NCBI GenBank assembly: GCA_945898065.1
Contig: CAMDHH010000001.1
Location: forward strand, 9,427 to 73,426
Length of the DNA stretch: 64,000 nt
Direction: 5' to 3'
DNA from: Bifidobacterium breve
GTDB taxonomy: Bacteria; Actinomycetota; Actinomycetes; Nanopelagicales; Nanopelagicaceae
The position numbers and the translations under genes were made by a program. Every line of letters starts with the position of its first letter. Position 1 is the stretch's first letter. Of this stretch, positions 1 to 10,277 are shown piece by piece. A model generated the notes under the pieces. The model was not told the origin of the DNA. It ran no database searches and worked only from the letters and a program-made list of their open reading frames with translations.

Positions 1-539
1 CGTGTGCGATATCCACGGTTAGGTGTTCCATCTGCATCATATTCAACACCAGTATTCCAAGCGCCTTCATATGATTCGATTTCATGAACAGCTGAGTTGA
101 TTCCTGTCTTGAAACGAACGCTATCGAAAACGTAGAACTCTGCTTCTGGTGCAAAGAATGCTTGATCAGCAAAACCTAGTGAGCGCATGTACTCAACAGC
201 CTTTGCAACAACTCCACGTGGATCACGTGAATATGGTGTGTTATCTACTGGATTGTGAACAGAGAAAATAATGACGAGAGTTTTTTCTTTACGATATGGA
301 TCCATGAATGCAGATTGTGGAACTGGCAAGAGTTTCATATCTGATTCGTTGATTGACTGGAATCCACGGATAGATGAACCATCGAACATCAGACCTTCAG
401 TAAAGACTGCTTCGTCGAATGACTCAACAGGTACGTTGAAGTGATGTTGGATTCCTGGAAGATCTGTGAAGCGCACATCGACGAGCTTTACATCTTCCTT
501 CTTAATGTAAGCAAAAATTTCTGCTGAATTCTTAAACAT
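1..539 (-). CDS. glnA: Glutamine synthetase type I (5' part; runs off window start)
   Basis: Manual translation from ATG 539: MFKNSAEIFAYIKKEDVKLVDVRFTDLPGIQHHFNVPVESFDEAVFTEGLMFDGSSIRGFQSINESDM, with the GSI motifs VRFTDLPG and FDGSSIRGF; GGAGAAG RBS at 541-547. Confidence 0.97.
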   Translation of the reverse strand, partial: MFKNSAEIFAYIKKEDVKLVDVRFTDLPGIQHHFNVPVESFDEAVFTEGLMFDGSSIRGFQSINESDMKLLPVPQSAFMDPYRKEKTLVIIFSVHNPVDNTPYSRDPRGVVAKAVEYMRSLGFADQAFFAPEAEFYVFDSVRFKTGINSAVHEIESYEGAWNTGVEYDADGTPNRGYRT

Positions 540-658
540 GCTTCTCCCAATTTCGCATTTGATATTCGCATTAGATACTAATTCCGTATCGATGCAGCGG
601 CCTCGTCATTGAGCGCTTCTGCTTAGGGGTAAGCGTAGGAGGCGTGGGGCTAAAAGGC

Positions 659-685
659 ATAACTCGTGTGTTACATCTATGTTAA
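659..685 (-). promoter_or_regulatory. Putative GlnR box upstream of glnA
   Basis: Minus strand reads TTAAC-n6-GTAAC-n6-GTTAT (11-bp periodicity, AC-n9-AC core), matching actinobacterial GlnR site architecture, just upstream of a TACGCT -10 for glnA. Confidence 0.6.
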
Positions 686-723
686 GAATTCCCGCCCCGC
701 ACCTGCCCATTAGGCTTAGGGCT

Positions 724-1083
724 ATGAGAAGAGTGAGTTTGGGGCGTCGATTCGTAGCCCTTGCCCTGGATTGGCTGATGTCTTATGCCATCGTCGTCGC
801 CCTCACGGGTGGCATTGGGGGAACCTCTTCCAATAGGGAATTTAGTGTGCTCGCCCTCTTCTTCACCGAAGTTCTATTTCTCTCCGCATTACAAGGCGCA
901 TCTGCTGGACATCGCATCGTTGGAATTCGGATCGTACGATTTAGTGACAAGGGTCCAATCACACCTAAGCAAGCGCTTATCCGCACTGTCCTTCTCTGTC
1001 TTGTCGTAACTGCAATTACATATGATGATGATGGCCGCGGAGTTCATGAGCGTTTGAGTAATACTGTTTTGATTCGCCGATAA
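724..1083 (+). CDS. RDD family membrane protein
   Basis: GRRFVALALDW...SAGHRIVGIRIV...DDDGRGVHERLSNT; conserved divergent neighbour of glnA in Actinobacteria; start moved to ATG 724, 7 nt after TAGGCT. Confidence 0.88.
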   Translation: MRRVSLGRRFVALALDWLMSYAIVVALTGGIGGTSSNREFSVLALFFTEVLFLSALQGASAGHRIVGIRIVRFSDKGPITPKQALIRTVLLCLVVTAITYDDDGRGVHERLSNTVLIRR

Positions 1084-1098
1084 GAATGGAGATTTAGA

Positions 1099-1269
1099 AT
1101 GCTTGGTGGGACAAATAATGCGCTTTTTCTGCAAGCTATCAGCGGCTTTTTAGTATTTCCAATATTTATTTTCCTTCTCATGTGGGCTTTCCCAACGAAG
1201 AAGGATCCCATTGCCAAGGCCGAACGTAAGGCGTTGAAGAAATCATTGCGCGAACTTCGACGCAAGTAG
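1099..1269 (+). CDS. Small (56 aa) single-pass membrane protein, not in ORF track
   Basis: MLGGTNNALFLQAISGFLVFPIFIFLLMWAFPTKKDPIAKAERKALKKSLRELRRK; GGAG 7 nt before ATG; hydrophobic helix followed by basic tail; fills the gap between two + strand genes. Confidence 0.7.
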   Translation: MLGGTNNALFLQAISGFLVFPIFIFLLMWAFPTKKDPIAKAERKALKKSLRELRRK

Positions 1270-1331
1270 GCATTCTCAAAATTCACTTTGGATAGAGCGC
1301 CGTTTTGGACTCTATGGAGTAGTTTCAACGG

Positions 1332-2948
1332 ATGAGAAATCTTGGGAAGTATCGGCTTGCTCCATTAGCTATTGCATTGAGCCTTATTTTTTCGATTGCG
1401 CCCAATCTTGCACCTGCTCAGGCCGAAACAGTTATTGATGAACAATTCCAAGTTCAAAGTCCTGGTGGCCCTGGGTATACGGGCTATCTAGTAAATAACA
1501 CTCGATCTTTAGTTCGATTCTCTTCTTTCCTAGCAACTTTCAAAACCGAGAATCAAAAAATAGTTGGAATGAAACCGTGCAAGAGTTTAGAAGAGTGCCC
1601 AAAAGAATTTAGTGGGCAAGTAGCCGATATTAACCTGACTTTGTGCAGCAACGCTAAAGAAGAGAATTGCATTAGAGGCGTCAGAGCTACAAACTTACAA
1701 ACCAAGAAAGTTATTACAAGCTTTGTTCCAAGGCCAGAATTGACTCAGGATTTCAATGCAAAAATCAAGGGGAGTCCAGAAGTGGATCTACCCAATGGTG
1801 GTAATCCACTCGTTGTCTCTATTGCGGAAGCACCGCACGCTGGGGGAGACCTCTATCTGATCAAGAGTGATTATTATGCTGCGCGCAAATCTCCCAGCGA
1901 TAAATTCAAATTAGATTTGATTACTAATGGAATATATCCAGTCACTGTCGAAAGTGGACAATTCAATGGTGGCGGACCGAATCTAGATTCTCGTGCATAT
2001 GTCGGAAAGCAAGTTGCAGGAAATAGCAAAAACCCTCCACCATATATAAGTGGATTCATCACTGATCCACGATGTTTGATGGCAACGAAAAATACTTGCA
2101 TAGTGCCGCAAGCATTTCCTGAAAACTTTTCATTTGGAATTACGCTTCGAGCTAATCAAGGTTTTACTAGTTGGCTCTACGGGCGCTTAGCTAATCCTGT
2201 TGTCACAGTGAGTAAAGCAAAAGTTGATGAGAAAGCAGTGCTCGTCAATATTGATGCAGAACCAGTAAAGGTCCCACTTGTTTATGGTTGGGCTCAGAAC
2301 TCAGCGCTATCTCCGCAGATGCTTGCAAAGTATGACCAGGATAGAAGTGGTGGTATCTATGTTGGAGATAATCCACGTGCGCCACTAGATACGATTTCAA
2401 TACTCAAGGGTCATAGCAATAAGTACGACGATCTTGGTATCGATGAGATGCTTTCGTGGATGCCATTACTCGGTGATAAAGCCGCTGCTATGCCAAGTCA
2501 ATGGAGTTTCCAAACACTTGTATTGCGAAGTGATACTGCTGCGAAGTTATCAAAATGCACATCAACTGCTGCCTCTTTATCGGGTTTGATCTTTACCAAT
2601 GCAAGCGTTTTCTCATCAGGAGCGCCAGCATTTGATGCAAAGGAAGGCACTCTCGATTACAAAGTTGCTGCTCCACATCTCAAGCCAAACGGTGATTTGA
2701 TGGCTGGAACGTATGATCTAGTTCTCAATTCAACGGTAGCCAGATGCCTTTACGGATTTACTAAGGCACCTATCGGGGCGAAGATTTCAATCATCAATTC
2801 TGACGGTACAAATCAAGTGGCGACGACAATCATTAGTGAAAAAGAAGGCTTCTTTAGAATGGGTGCCTACGGCTTTGGATTTTCTTCACCGACAATCAAA
2901 GTCAAAATTACACAAGCAAAGGCAGCGAAAACTACGAAAAAGGGTTAG
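1332..2948 (+). CDS. Secreted Cys-rich surface protein of unknown function (paralog of 36518-38188)
   Basis: Signal peptide ending AQA; paired cysteines; C-terminal YKVAAPH...ARCLYGFTKAP...FSSPTIKVKITQ block shared with 36518-38188. Confidence 0.85.
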   Translation: MRNLGKYRLAPLAIALSLIFSIAPNLAPAQAETVIDEQFQVQSPGGPGYTGYLVNNTRSLVRFSSFLATFKTENQKIVGMKPCKSLEECPKEFSGQVADINLTLCSNAKEENCIRGVRATNLQTKKVITSFVPRPELTQDFNAKIKGSPEVDLPNGGNPLVVSIAEAPHAGGDLYLIKSDYYAARKSPSDKFKLDLITNGIYPVTVESGQFNGGGPNLDSRAYVGKQVAGNSKNPPPYISGFITDPRCLMATKNTCIVPQAFPENFSFGITLRANQGFTSWLYGRLANPVVTVSKAKVDEKAVLVNIDAEPVKVPLVYGWAQNSALSPQMLAKYDQDRSGGIYVGDNPRAPLDTISILKGHSNKYDDLGIDEMLSWMPLLGDKAAAMPSQWSFQTLVLRSDTAAKLSKCTSTAASLSGLIFTNASVFSSGAPAFDAKEGTLDYKVAAPHLKPNGDLMAGTYDLVLNSTVARCLYGFTKAPIGAKISIINSDGTNQVATTIISEKEGFFRMGAYGFGFSSPTIKVKITQAKAAKTTKKG

Positions 2949-3604
2949 CGAACCTTCGTTGCACGTGTTGGCATTGGTCCCTTTGGAATCGGCAATGAAA
3001 GACCGCCGACAGCCTTTAGACGTGAGCGGACTTCACGCATTTGATGCGCAGATAGACTCTTCTTGAGTTTTGTAACTTTCTTCTGCAACTTACGAAGTTC
3101 TACGCGCCCTTCGCCTTCACCGACGATAATTTCAATAATTGGAACACCGGGTGCGAAGCGCTCAGTCCTACGACGCTCTTCTTGCAACATCTGACGAATG
3201 CCTGATCCGCCTTCGCCGGTGAGAACAATTCCAGCACGGCCAACACTGCGATGAACCATATCTTGATTGCGAGCAACTGCTACAGCAGGAGTTGTTGTCC
3301 AACCCTTGCGAATTGCCATGAGAACACTTGCGCCAGCGCCCATCTGACCTTCAATTGATGCATACGCGGCACTGCCAGCAACGCGCGTGAAATAAAACAT
3401 TGTTACAAGAACTGCAAGAGGAAGTGTGACAAAGCCGAGGTAGACAGGATGATCAAATGCAAAGCCAACACCAATTCCGATTGACCATGTAATGAGAAAG
3501 ATTGCGACAAGTGCCGCACCGATCCATGGCTTGACGCTCTTAGTTACAGAGTAAGCATCGCGGAAAGTTTGAAAACGTGGGAACTTGAACTTTGGCTTCT
3601 TCAT
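2945..3604 (-). CDS. DUF4191 family membrane protein
   Basis: Two TM helices, VHRSVGRAGIVLTGEG, C-terminal LPIPKGPMP; syntenic between lipA and RDD/glnA. Confidence 0.9.
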   Translation of the reverse strand: MKKPKFKFPRFQTFRDAYSVTKSVKPWIGAALVAIFLITWSIGIGVGFAFDHPVYLGFVTLPLAVLVTMFYFTRVAGSAAYASIEGQMGAGASVLMAIRKGWTTTPAVAVARNQDMVHRSVGRAGIVLTGEGGSGIRQMLQEERRRTERFAPGVPIIEIIVGEGEGRVELRKLQKKVTKLKKSLSAHQMREVRSRLKAVGGLSLPIPKGPMPTRATKVR

Positions 3605-3609
3605 GGGCG

Positions 3610-4308
3610 CTACTTTAGTGGAGCAGGCGCGGTACCACCAAGACGAGCAGGCGCCCAGCGTTGGCCCACGTGGCTATCGGGGTAACGACCTTGAACATCA
3701 TGGAGTATTGCAATCAAATTCTCACGAAGTTTTGCTTCTGCGGCGTCAACATCATCTCCGCGTTGAAAGGACATTGGTGTTCCAAAAGAGACCAAGACTG
3801 TGTAATTCTTACGTTGTAAATCTTTCTTCAATCCCTTTGTCCAAATGCGCTGGCTGCCCCAAATAATTGTGGGAATAACAGGAACGCCAGCACCCATCGC
3901 TAAACGAACGGCGCCGGATTTTAGTTCTTTGATCTCAAAACTTGTTGAGGTTGTGCCTTCAGGAAATATTCCTACAATTTCGCCAGCCTTGAGTGCGCGA
4001 AGTGCAGCAACGAAAGAACCAGATCCATTTTCGCGATCAACACTGATGTGATGCATTCCGCGCATCAGTGGTCCCGCTATTTTGTGAGCAAAGATTTCTT
4101 TCTTCGCCATAAATCGGATGTAGCGATCGACAGGAAGCGCAGCGGTACCAACGAGGGCAAAATCTAAATAGCTCACATGATTGATGGCAAGAATTGCGCC
4201 ACCTTTGCGAGGAATATTTGTATCACCGGATGATTGAAGTTGTATTCCTAGATATCTCCAGAAGGCCTTGATAACGCCAATTACTGGAGGATAAACAAGA
4301 TCAGCCAC
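3610..4308 (-). CDS. Lysophospholipid acyltransferase (PlsC family)
   Basis: NHVSYLD and FPEGT motifs; GTG start at 4308 overlapping the lipA stop. Confidence 0.92.
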   Translation of the reverse strand: MADLVYPPVIGVIKAFWRYLGIQLQSSGDTNIPRKGGAILAINHVSYLDFALVGTAALPVDRYIRFMAKKEIFAHKIAGPLMRGMHHISVDRENGSGSFVAALRALKAGEIVGIFPEGTTSTSFEIKELKSGAVRLAMGAGVPVIPTIIWGSQRIWTKGLKKDLQRKNYTVLVSFGTPMSFQRGDDVDAAEAKLRENLIAILHDVQGRYPDSHVGQRWAPARLGGTAPAPLK

Positions 4309-5233
4309 GTGATGCTTTAGCTTCCATTGCTTGCTTATAAAGTTTTCCGGCGCGATAACTTGAACGCACAAGTGGACCACTCATAACTCCGAGGAAACCT
4401 ATTTCTTCTGCCTCTTTCGCATGCTCAACAAATTCTTCTGGTTTTACCCAACGCTCGACAGGATGGTGTGTGATTGTTGGGCGAAGGTATTGAGTGATAG
4501 TAATGAGGTCACAGCCCGCGCTATGTAGGTCTTGCAATGCTTGCGTAATTTCCTCATGTGTTTCGCCAAGGCCGAGAATCAGATTAGATTTTGTTATCAA
4601 ACCAAAATCGCGAGCCATGCCGATTACCTCAAGAGATTTTTCATAGGAGAAACCGGTACGGATTTGTTTGAAAATACGGGGGACTGTCTCTAGGTTGTGA
4701 GCAAAGACTTCAGGTCGCGCATCAAAGAGTTGGTTGAGTAATTCAGGCTTTGCATGAAAATCAGGTGCGAGCATTTCAACGCCACACCCTGGGTTGAGTT
4801 CGTGAACTTGGCGAATTGTTTCGGCGTAAAGCCACGCACCTTCATCTTCTAGATCATCGCGAGTAACGCCTGTAATAGTTGCGTACTTGAGCCCCATTGC
4901 CTTTACAGATTCGCCAACTTTGCGTGGCTCTTCGCGATCGAGTGCATCTGGTTTTCCAGTATCGATATTACAAAAATCGCAACGGCGTGTGCACTTATCG
5001 CCACCGATAAGAAAAGTTGCTTCTTTATCTTCCCAGCATTCAAAAATATTTGGACACGCTGCTTCTTGGCAGACAGTGTGCAGGCCTTCACTCTTGACGA
5101 GTGCGCGAAGGCGTGTGTATTCAGGACCCATATTGGCGCGGGTCTTTATCCATTCAGGTTTGCGCTCGATAGGTACAAGTGAGTTGCGCGCTTCAACGCG
5201 AAGCAGCTTGCGACCCTCTGGTGCCAATGTCAT
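4301..5233 (-). CDS. lipA: Lipoyl synthase
   Basis: [12 protein letters not shown] and CTRRCDFC clusters; RSSY motif. Confidence 0.98.
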   Translation of the reverse strand: MTLAPEGRKLLRVEARNSLVPIERKPEWIKTRANMGPEYTRLRALVKSEGLHTVCQEAACPNIFECWEDKEATFLIGGDKCTRRCDFCNIDTGKPDALDREEPRKVGESVKAMGLKYATITGVTRDDLEDEGAWLYAETIRQVHELNPGCGVEMLAPDFHAKPELLNQLFDARPEVFAHNLETVPRIFKQIRTGFSYEKSLEVIGMARDFGLITKSNLILGLGETHEEITQALQDLHSAGCDLITITQYLRPTITHHPVERWVKPEEFVEHAKEAEEIGFLGVMSGPLVRSSYRAGKLYKQAMEAKASRG

Positions 5234-5886
5234 GCGCTCACCTTTCCTAGAGCGTCAATCATATGGCTCTGCACTAGGGGACTAACCTCACGCACGCTTA
5301 TATCCCTGCCTAATTCCTTGGCTAAGGAGGTGACTTCAGCATCTTCGATGCCACAGGGGATTATCTGAGCAAATGCGCTCATATCGGGATTTACATTGAG
5401 TGCAAAGCCATGCATCGTTACACCTTTTGCAACGCGTATACCTATTGCAGCAATCTTTCTCTCTCCGCGATTATCGACGACCCAAACACCAGATCGTTTA
5501 GAAATACATTGAGTTGTAATTCCAAACTCTTTGCATACTTTAATGAGGGCAGCTTCAATTGTTCGAACAAAACCAACTAGTTCATGTGGATTAGCGAGTC
5601 GAACGATTGGGTAACCAACTAATTGTCCGGGACCATGCCATGTAATTTTTCCGCCGCGATCTACATCGACTACGGGTGTTCCATCCATTGGTTTTTCACT
5701 ATCTAATGTGCGACGCCCTGCTGTATAAACGGATGGATGTTCTAGAAGCATGAGTGTGTTTGCAGCAGTCGACTGAGAAATTTCTGAATGAATTGCTCGT
5801 TGCGTGGCTAGAGCGCTGTGATATTCAACTAGTCCTGCGTGAATAACGCGCATCTCTTGGGTTGCCGACGTTGTTGGTTGAGGCAC
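5230..5886 (-). CDS. lipB: Octanoyltransferase
   Basis: [41 protein letters not shown]. Confidence 0.97.
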   Translation of the reverse strand: MPQPTTSATQEMRVIHAGLVEYHSALATQRAIHSEISQSTAANTLMLLEHPSVYTAGRRTLDSEKPMDGTPVVDVDRGGKITWHGPGQLVGYPIVRLANPHELVGFVRTIEAALIKVCKEFGITTQCISKRSGVWVVDNRGERKIAAIGIRVAKGVTMHGFALNVNPDMSAFAQIIPCGIEDAEVTSLAKELGRDISVREVSPLVQSHMIDALGKVSA

Positions 5887-5941
5887 TCGACCAGCCTAAA
5901 GGTAAGATTGCGCCCATACCAACTGGAGAGGGTTTTTCATC

Positions 5942-8101
5942 GTGTCAATTTCTACTGTTCAAAAGAGCCGCAAACCATTCGCCCTAGCCATGCTGGTGGT
6001 AATTATCTGGTTCATGATCGCAGGCATATTTGGTCCACTTTTTGGAAAGCTAACCTCAGTTCAAGAAAATAATAATTCATCATTTTTACCAAAAGGCGCT
6101 GAAGCAACACAAGCAGCCGATGTGATTGCAACATTTTCAACTAAGGATTCATTCAATTTTCCAACGCTAGTTTTATTCGAAGGAAAATCAACACCAGCAA
6201 CTTTTGAGGCAATCAATGCTCACATGCTCAAAGTTGGAGACCTTACACTCGATGGAACCACCGCAAAGATTTCAGATTATCTTGCACCAGGTGAGCGAGT
6301 CTCTGTCTTCCCATCTCAAGATGGCGAAGCAATTTTGGCAAATGTTCCACTCGATGGTCAGGCCATCTCCAAACTACTTCCTAACGATGAGCCAGTTCTA
6401 CCTGCTCTCATTGAAGCGTTGCGCGAAGATGTTAAAGAGATAGCCGAAGCCAACGGCTACACACATTACGTGACGGGACCTGGTGGATTACTAGGAGACC
6501 TCTTTAGCGCATTTGGATCTATTGACTCTACTTTGCTTCTCACAACACTTGCTGTTGTAGCAATCATTCTTATCGTCGTTTATCGCTCTCCAATTTTGTG
6601 GATCATTCCACTCCTCTCAGCCTTATTTGCCTTGTCTATGGCAGGTGGAATTGTTTATCTCCTTGCTAAAAATGACATCATCGATGTCGATGGTCAGTCT
6701 CAAGGAATTCTTTCGGTTCTCGTCATTGGTGCGGCAACGGATTATGCGCTCTTACTTATTGCCCGCTATCGAGAAGAACTACATCTGCATTCCAACAGGT
6801 TCGACGCAATGCGCGCGGCATATAAGGGAGTATGGGAACCAATCCTGGCATCTGGTTCAACAGTTGCAATATCTCTTCTCATCTTGCTCTTTAGTCAACT
6901 AACAAATACTGCTGGCCTTGGTCCAATAGGCGCTATCGGAATTGTCTGTTCTATGTTCACGATTTTGACACTCTTGCCTGCATTCTTACTAGTCTTCGGA
7001 CGTTGGATCTTCTGGCCACGTCGCCCTTTATTCGATGGTGATGATCATGTGATGTCAGGTTCTTGGTCAAAGATTGCAAATACAATCGAGCGAAGCCCAC
7101 GTAAGGCATGGGCAATCACAGGTGTTGTGCTCATTGCTTTTGCCTTCACCTCCACAACATTGAAGGCTGATGGACTTGGAACTGTTGATACATTCACTGG
7201 TAATCCAGAATCTGTTGTTGGCCAAAAATTACTAACAAAGCATTTTCCTGGTGGACAAGGTGATCCAACTCAAGTTGTTGTCAGTGCTGAGAAAATCGCA
7301 GCAGTAACGGCAGCAGTAAAGGTCGCACCTGGTGTAACTGATGTATATCCAACTCTTGATGGAATTCCAATAGAAGGTCAACCATTGCCACCTGTCAAAA
7401 TTGTCAATGGCAAAGTAATCCTAAATCTCACGCTAGATAAAGCCCCCGATAGCGTGGAGGCTGGAAATGAAGTTCCAGAGATTCGCAGGTTAGCTAAAGC
7501 TGCAGATGCAACTGCACTAGTGGGTGGAACAAGTGCTGTTTACTTCGATGTTCGCACTGCAAATAATCGAGATAATAAAACAATTATTCCAATCATCTTA
7601 TTTGTAATTACGCTCATTCTTGGATTGTTGCTGCGAAGTATTCTGAGCGCAATTCTGCTTCTAGGAACAGTTGTGCTCTCATTCTTTGCAACATTGGGTG
7701 TTTGCGCACTCGTGTTCAATAATGTATTTGGATTTGCGGGGGCGGATAATTCCTTCCCTCTCTTTGTCTTCATCTTCCTTGTTGCACTGGGAATTGATTA
7801 CAACATCTTCCTGATGACACGCGTGCGCGAAGAGAGCATAAAGTTGGGTACACGCGCAGGCGTCACAAAAGGTGTCACCGTAACTGGTTCTGTTATTACT
7901 TCAGCAGGAATAGTTCTTGCTGCAACATTTGCAGTCCTTGGAGCGCTTCCGTTGGTACCGCTAGCGCAGCTCGGTTTTGCTGTTGCCTTCGGAGTTCTCC
8001 TGGATACCATCATCGTTCGCTCTGTTCTTGTCCCTGCTTTGGTGCATACAATCGGACCAAAGGTCTGGTGGCCATCAAAGCTTCAACACGAAAAGGTGTA
8101 A
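5942..8101 (+). CDS. MMPL/RND family transporter
   Basis: Two 6-TM repeats with GAATDYALLLIARYREE and GIDYNIFLMTRVREE. Confidence 0.93.
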   Translation: MSISTVQKSRKPFALAMLVVIIWFMIAGIFGPLFGKLTSVQENNNSSFLPKGAEATQAADVIATFSTKDSFNFPTLVLFEGKSTPATFEAINAHMLKVGDLTLDGTTAKISDYLAPGERVSVFPSQDGEAILANVPLDGQAISKLLPNDEPVLPALIEALREDVKEIAEANGYTHYVTGPGGLLGDLFSAFGSIDSTLLLTTLAVVAIILIVVYRSPILWIIPLLSALFALSMAGGIVYLLAKNDIIDVDGQSQGILSVLVIGAATDYALLLIARYREELHLHSNRFDAMRAAYKGVWEPILASGSTVAISLLILLFSQLTNTAGLGPIGAIGIVCSMFTILTLLPAFLLVFGRWIFWPRRPLFDGDDHVMSGSWSKIANTIERSPRKAWAITGVVLIAFAFTSTTLKADGLGTVDTFTGNPESVVGQKLLTKHFPGGQGDPTQVVVSAEKIAAVTAAVKVAPGVTDVYPTLDGIPIEGQPLPPVKIVNGKVILNLTLDKAPDSVEAGNEVPEIRRLAKAADATALVGGTSAVYFDVRTANNRDNKTIIPIILFVITLILGLLLRSILSAILLLGTVVLSFFATLGVCALVFNNVFGFAGADNSFPLFVFIFLVALGIDYNIFLMTRVREESIKLGTRAGVTKGVTVTGSVITSAGIVLAATFAVLGALPLVPLAQLGFAVAFGVLLDTIIVRSVLVPALVHTIGPKVWWPSKLQHEKV

Positions 8102-8104
8102 CAC

Positions 8105-9121
8105 ATGGCATTGCGCGTTGGGATAGCGGGCTACGGCTTAGCAGGTCGCTATTTCCACGCGCCATTGCTCAAAGGGTGCGGCTTTGATCTTGTTGGCATT
8201 CAAACAAGTAATGCGGAGAGAAAATCTCATGCACTCGCTGATTTCCCTTCAACAAAAGTAGTTGCAACTGTTGAAGAGTTAGTCACTCTTGGCCTGGACT
8301 TAGTAGTTGTTGCTTCGGCAAATGTTGCTCACGCCCACGATGCCTACCTTGCAATTGATGCAGGTATTCCTGTTGTCGTTGATAAGCCAATGGGTCGCAC
8401 CTATGAGGAAACTAAAGCGATTGTTGATTATGCAAAGAAGGCCAATGTTGCGCTCACGACATTCTTCAATCGTCGATGGGATAGTGATGCACTTACTATC
8501 AAGAAAGTTATTGCTAGTGGAGTACTTGGCGAGATTTTTAGACTCGATTCACGTTTCGAACGTTTTCGCCCAGATGTAAATAGTTCTTCATGGCGTGAAA
8601 CTATGTCGCCAGCCGATGGTGGTGGACAACTCATTGACCTGCAGCCTCACCTGATCTCAACTTCTATGCAATGGCTTGGTACTCCAGAACTTGTAAGTTC
8701 GAGTGTTCGATCTATTCGCGGTGGTGCAGACGATGATTCGGTACTCGTCATCAAGTATTCAGGTGGAGCGGTTGGTTATTTATCGGCAAGTGCCATCGTT
8801 GGAGCGCCAGGTCCGCGCATTCGCTTGCTTGGAAGTAAAGGCGCACTAGTAGTCAATGACTTAGATCCACAAGAAGATTTACTGCGTTCAGGAAAATATC
8901 CAGAAGGTGGAACCTGGACCTTGCCATCGAAATCTAAGACTTTTATTTATCGTGGCGATCACGTTGAAGAGATTGATTCAGAGCCTGGAAATTACGCCCA
9001 TTTCTATTTAGAAGTTGCAGGCGCGATAGCGGGCAAGAATGCATGGCCAGTTTCTACGCAGGATGCACTCCTTGTAGCAAAGATTGTTGACCAAGCGCGA
9101 GCACAATCAATTCATGGCTAA
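8105..9121 (+). CDS. Gfo/Idh/MocA family oxidoreductase
   Basis: GYGLAGRYFHAP, VDKP, NRRWD, DLQPH motifs. Confidence 0.92.
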   Translation: MALRVGIAGYGLAGRYFHAPLLKGCGFDLVGIQTSNAERKSHALADFPSTKVVATVEELVTLGLDLVVVASANVAHAHDAYLAIDAGIPVVVDKPMGRTYEETKAIVDYAKKANVALTTFFNRRWDSDALTIKKVIASGVLGEIFRLDSRFERFRPDVNSSSWRETMSPADGGGQLIDLQPHLISTSMQWLGTPELVSSSVRSIRGGADDDSVLVIKYSGGAVGYLSASAIVGAPGPRIRLLGSKGALVVNDLDPQEDLLRSGKYPEGGTWTLPSKSKTFIYRGDHVEEIDSEPGNYAHFYLEVAGAIAGKNAWPVSTQDALLVAKIVDQARAQSIHG

Positions 9122-10277
9122 ACCAGTAGTAGTAATTGGGGCAGGCCTTGCAGGAATATCTGCAGCTCTACATTTAGAGAAAAGTAATCGAGAAGTTATC
9201 GTTCTTGAAAGCAGTGACAGGGCAGGCGGTCGCGTTGCAACAGATCGCATCGATGGGTATTTATGCGATAGAGGTTTTCAACTCATCAACTCAAAGTACC
9301 CAGCCTTACAAGAGTTAGATGTCATCAAAGAGATCGATTTCATTACCGCTCCGCGCATTATTGAAGTAGCAATGGGAACGGCGCACTTCACACTTGGTGA
9401 TCCTCGAGTTTCGCCATGGAGTGCACTCGATAGAGCAACAGGAACGTTGCCTGAAAAATTGGCGCTGATTCGTTACTTGCTGACAAAGAGTGATTCAAGT
9501 AAATCTCTTGGAGAAGAGCTCCGGGCGGCTGGAACAGGCAATCTTTACTCTCGCGTTCTTGAACCATTTCTAACGGGTGTATTTCTTGCATCCCCAGAAC
9601 GCGTTGATGCAATTTATGGAAAGAGTGTTATCAAGAGTTTTGTGAGTGGCTCACCTGGTGTGCCACGACATGGTGTGGGGGAGTTGAGTAGAGCGCTGAG
9701 CGCTCGACTGAAAGATTTGCGATTAGAAAATCGAGTGGAGGCGATTAGAGGCAGCGTTGTTGAAACTAACAATGGTTCTATTGAGGCAAGTCAAATCATT
9801 GTCGCAACCGATGCAACAACTGCGTCTCAATTATTAGACCTTCGAGATATTCCAGCACTAGTTGGGTGCACCACTTGGTACCATAGCGTTGACTCAACTA
9901 CACGTAATGGAAGACTAATTATTGATGGGCAAGGTAGAGGTCCAGTGATGAACTCATTGGCAATTTCAAAGATATCTTCCTCATATGCACCTGCAGGTAA
10001 GGATCTAATTTCTACAACTACGCCACTTTCAATCACAGAGAGTGAAACCCGCAGACATCTATCTATTGTGTGGGGAAGTGATACGAGAGATTGGGAATTA
10101 GTAGCAAAGTACGAAATTCCAAGTGCGCTACTTTTGCAATCTGTTGGTCGCGCACTTACTCAAAAAGTTGCTGTTCGCGACAATATCTATTGCATTGGTG
10201 ATCATCGAATCACACCATCACAACAAGGTGCCCTATTTTCTGGCAGATTAGCGGCGCAACTAATCCTCAATAAGTAG
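9114..10277 (+). CDS. FAD-dependent oxidoreductase (amine oxidase/HemY-like superfamily)
   Basis: VIGAGLAG...GGRVAT...DRGFQ; C-terminal QGALFSG; start at ATG 9114 overlapping the upstream stop. Confidence 0.88.
   Translation: MAKPVVVIGAGLAGISAALHLEKSNREVIVLESSDRAGGRVATDRIDGYLCDRGFQLINSKYPALQELDVIKEIDFITAPRIIEVAMGTAHFTLGDPRVSPWSALDRATGTLPEKLALIRYLLTKSDSSKSLGEELRAAGTGNLYSRVLEPFLTGVFLASPERVDAIYGKSVIKSFVSGSPGVPRHGVGELSRALSARLKDLRLENRVEAIRGSVVETNNGSIEASQIIVATDATTASQLLDLRDIPALVGCTTWYHSVDSTTRNGRLIIDGQGRGPVMNSLAISKISSSYAPAGKDLISTTTPLSITESETRRHLSIVWGSDTRDWELVAKYEIPSALLLQSVGRALTQKVAVRDNIYCIGDHRITPSQQGALFSGRLAAQLILNK

Noticed and set aside
647-657. Identical 11-mer GGGCTAAAAGG upstream of glnA and of DUF349 (63019-63029)
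   Set aside because: About one such match is expected by chance among a few kb of intergenic DNA, and its distance to the putative -10 differs.
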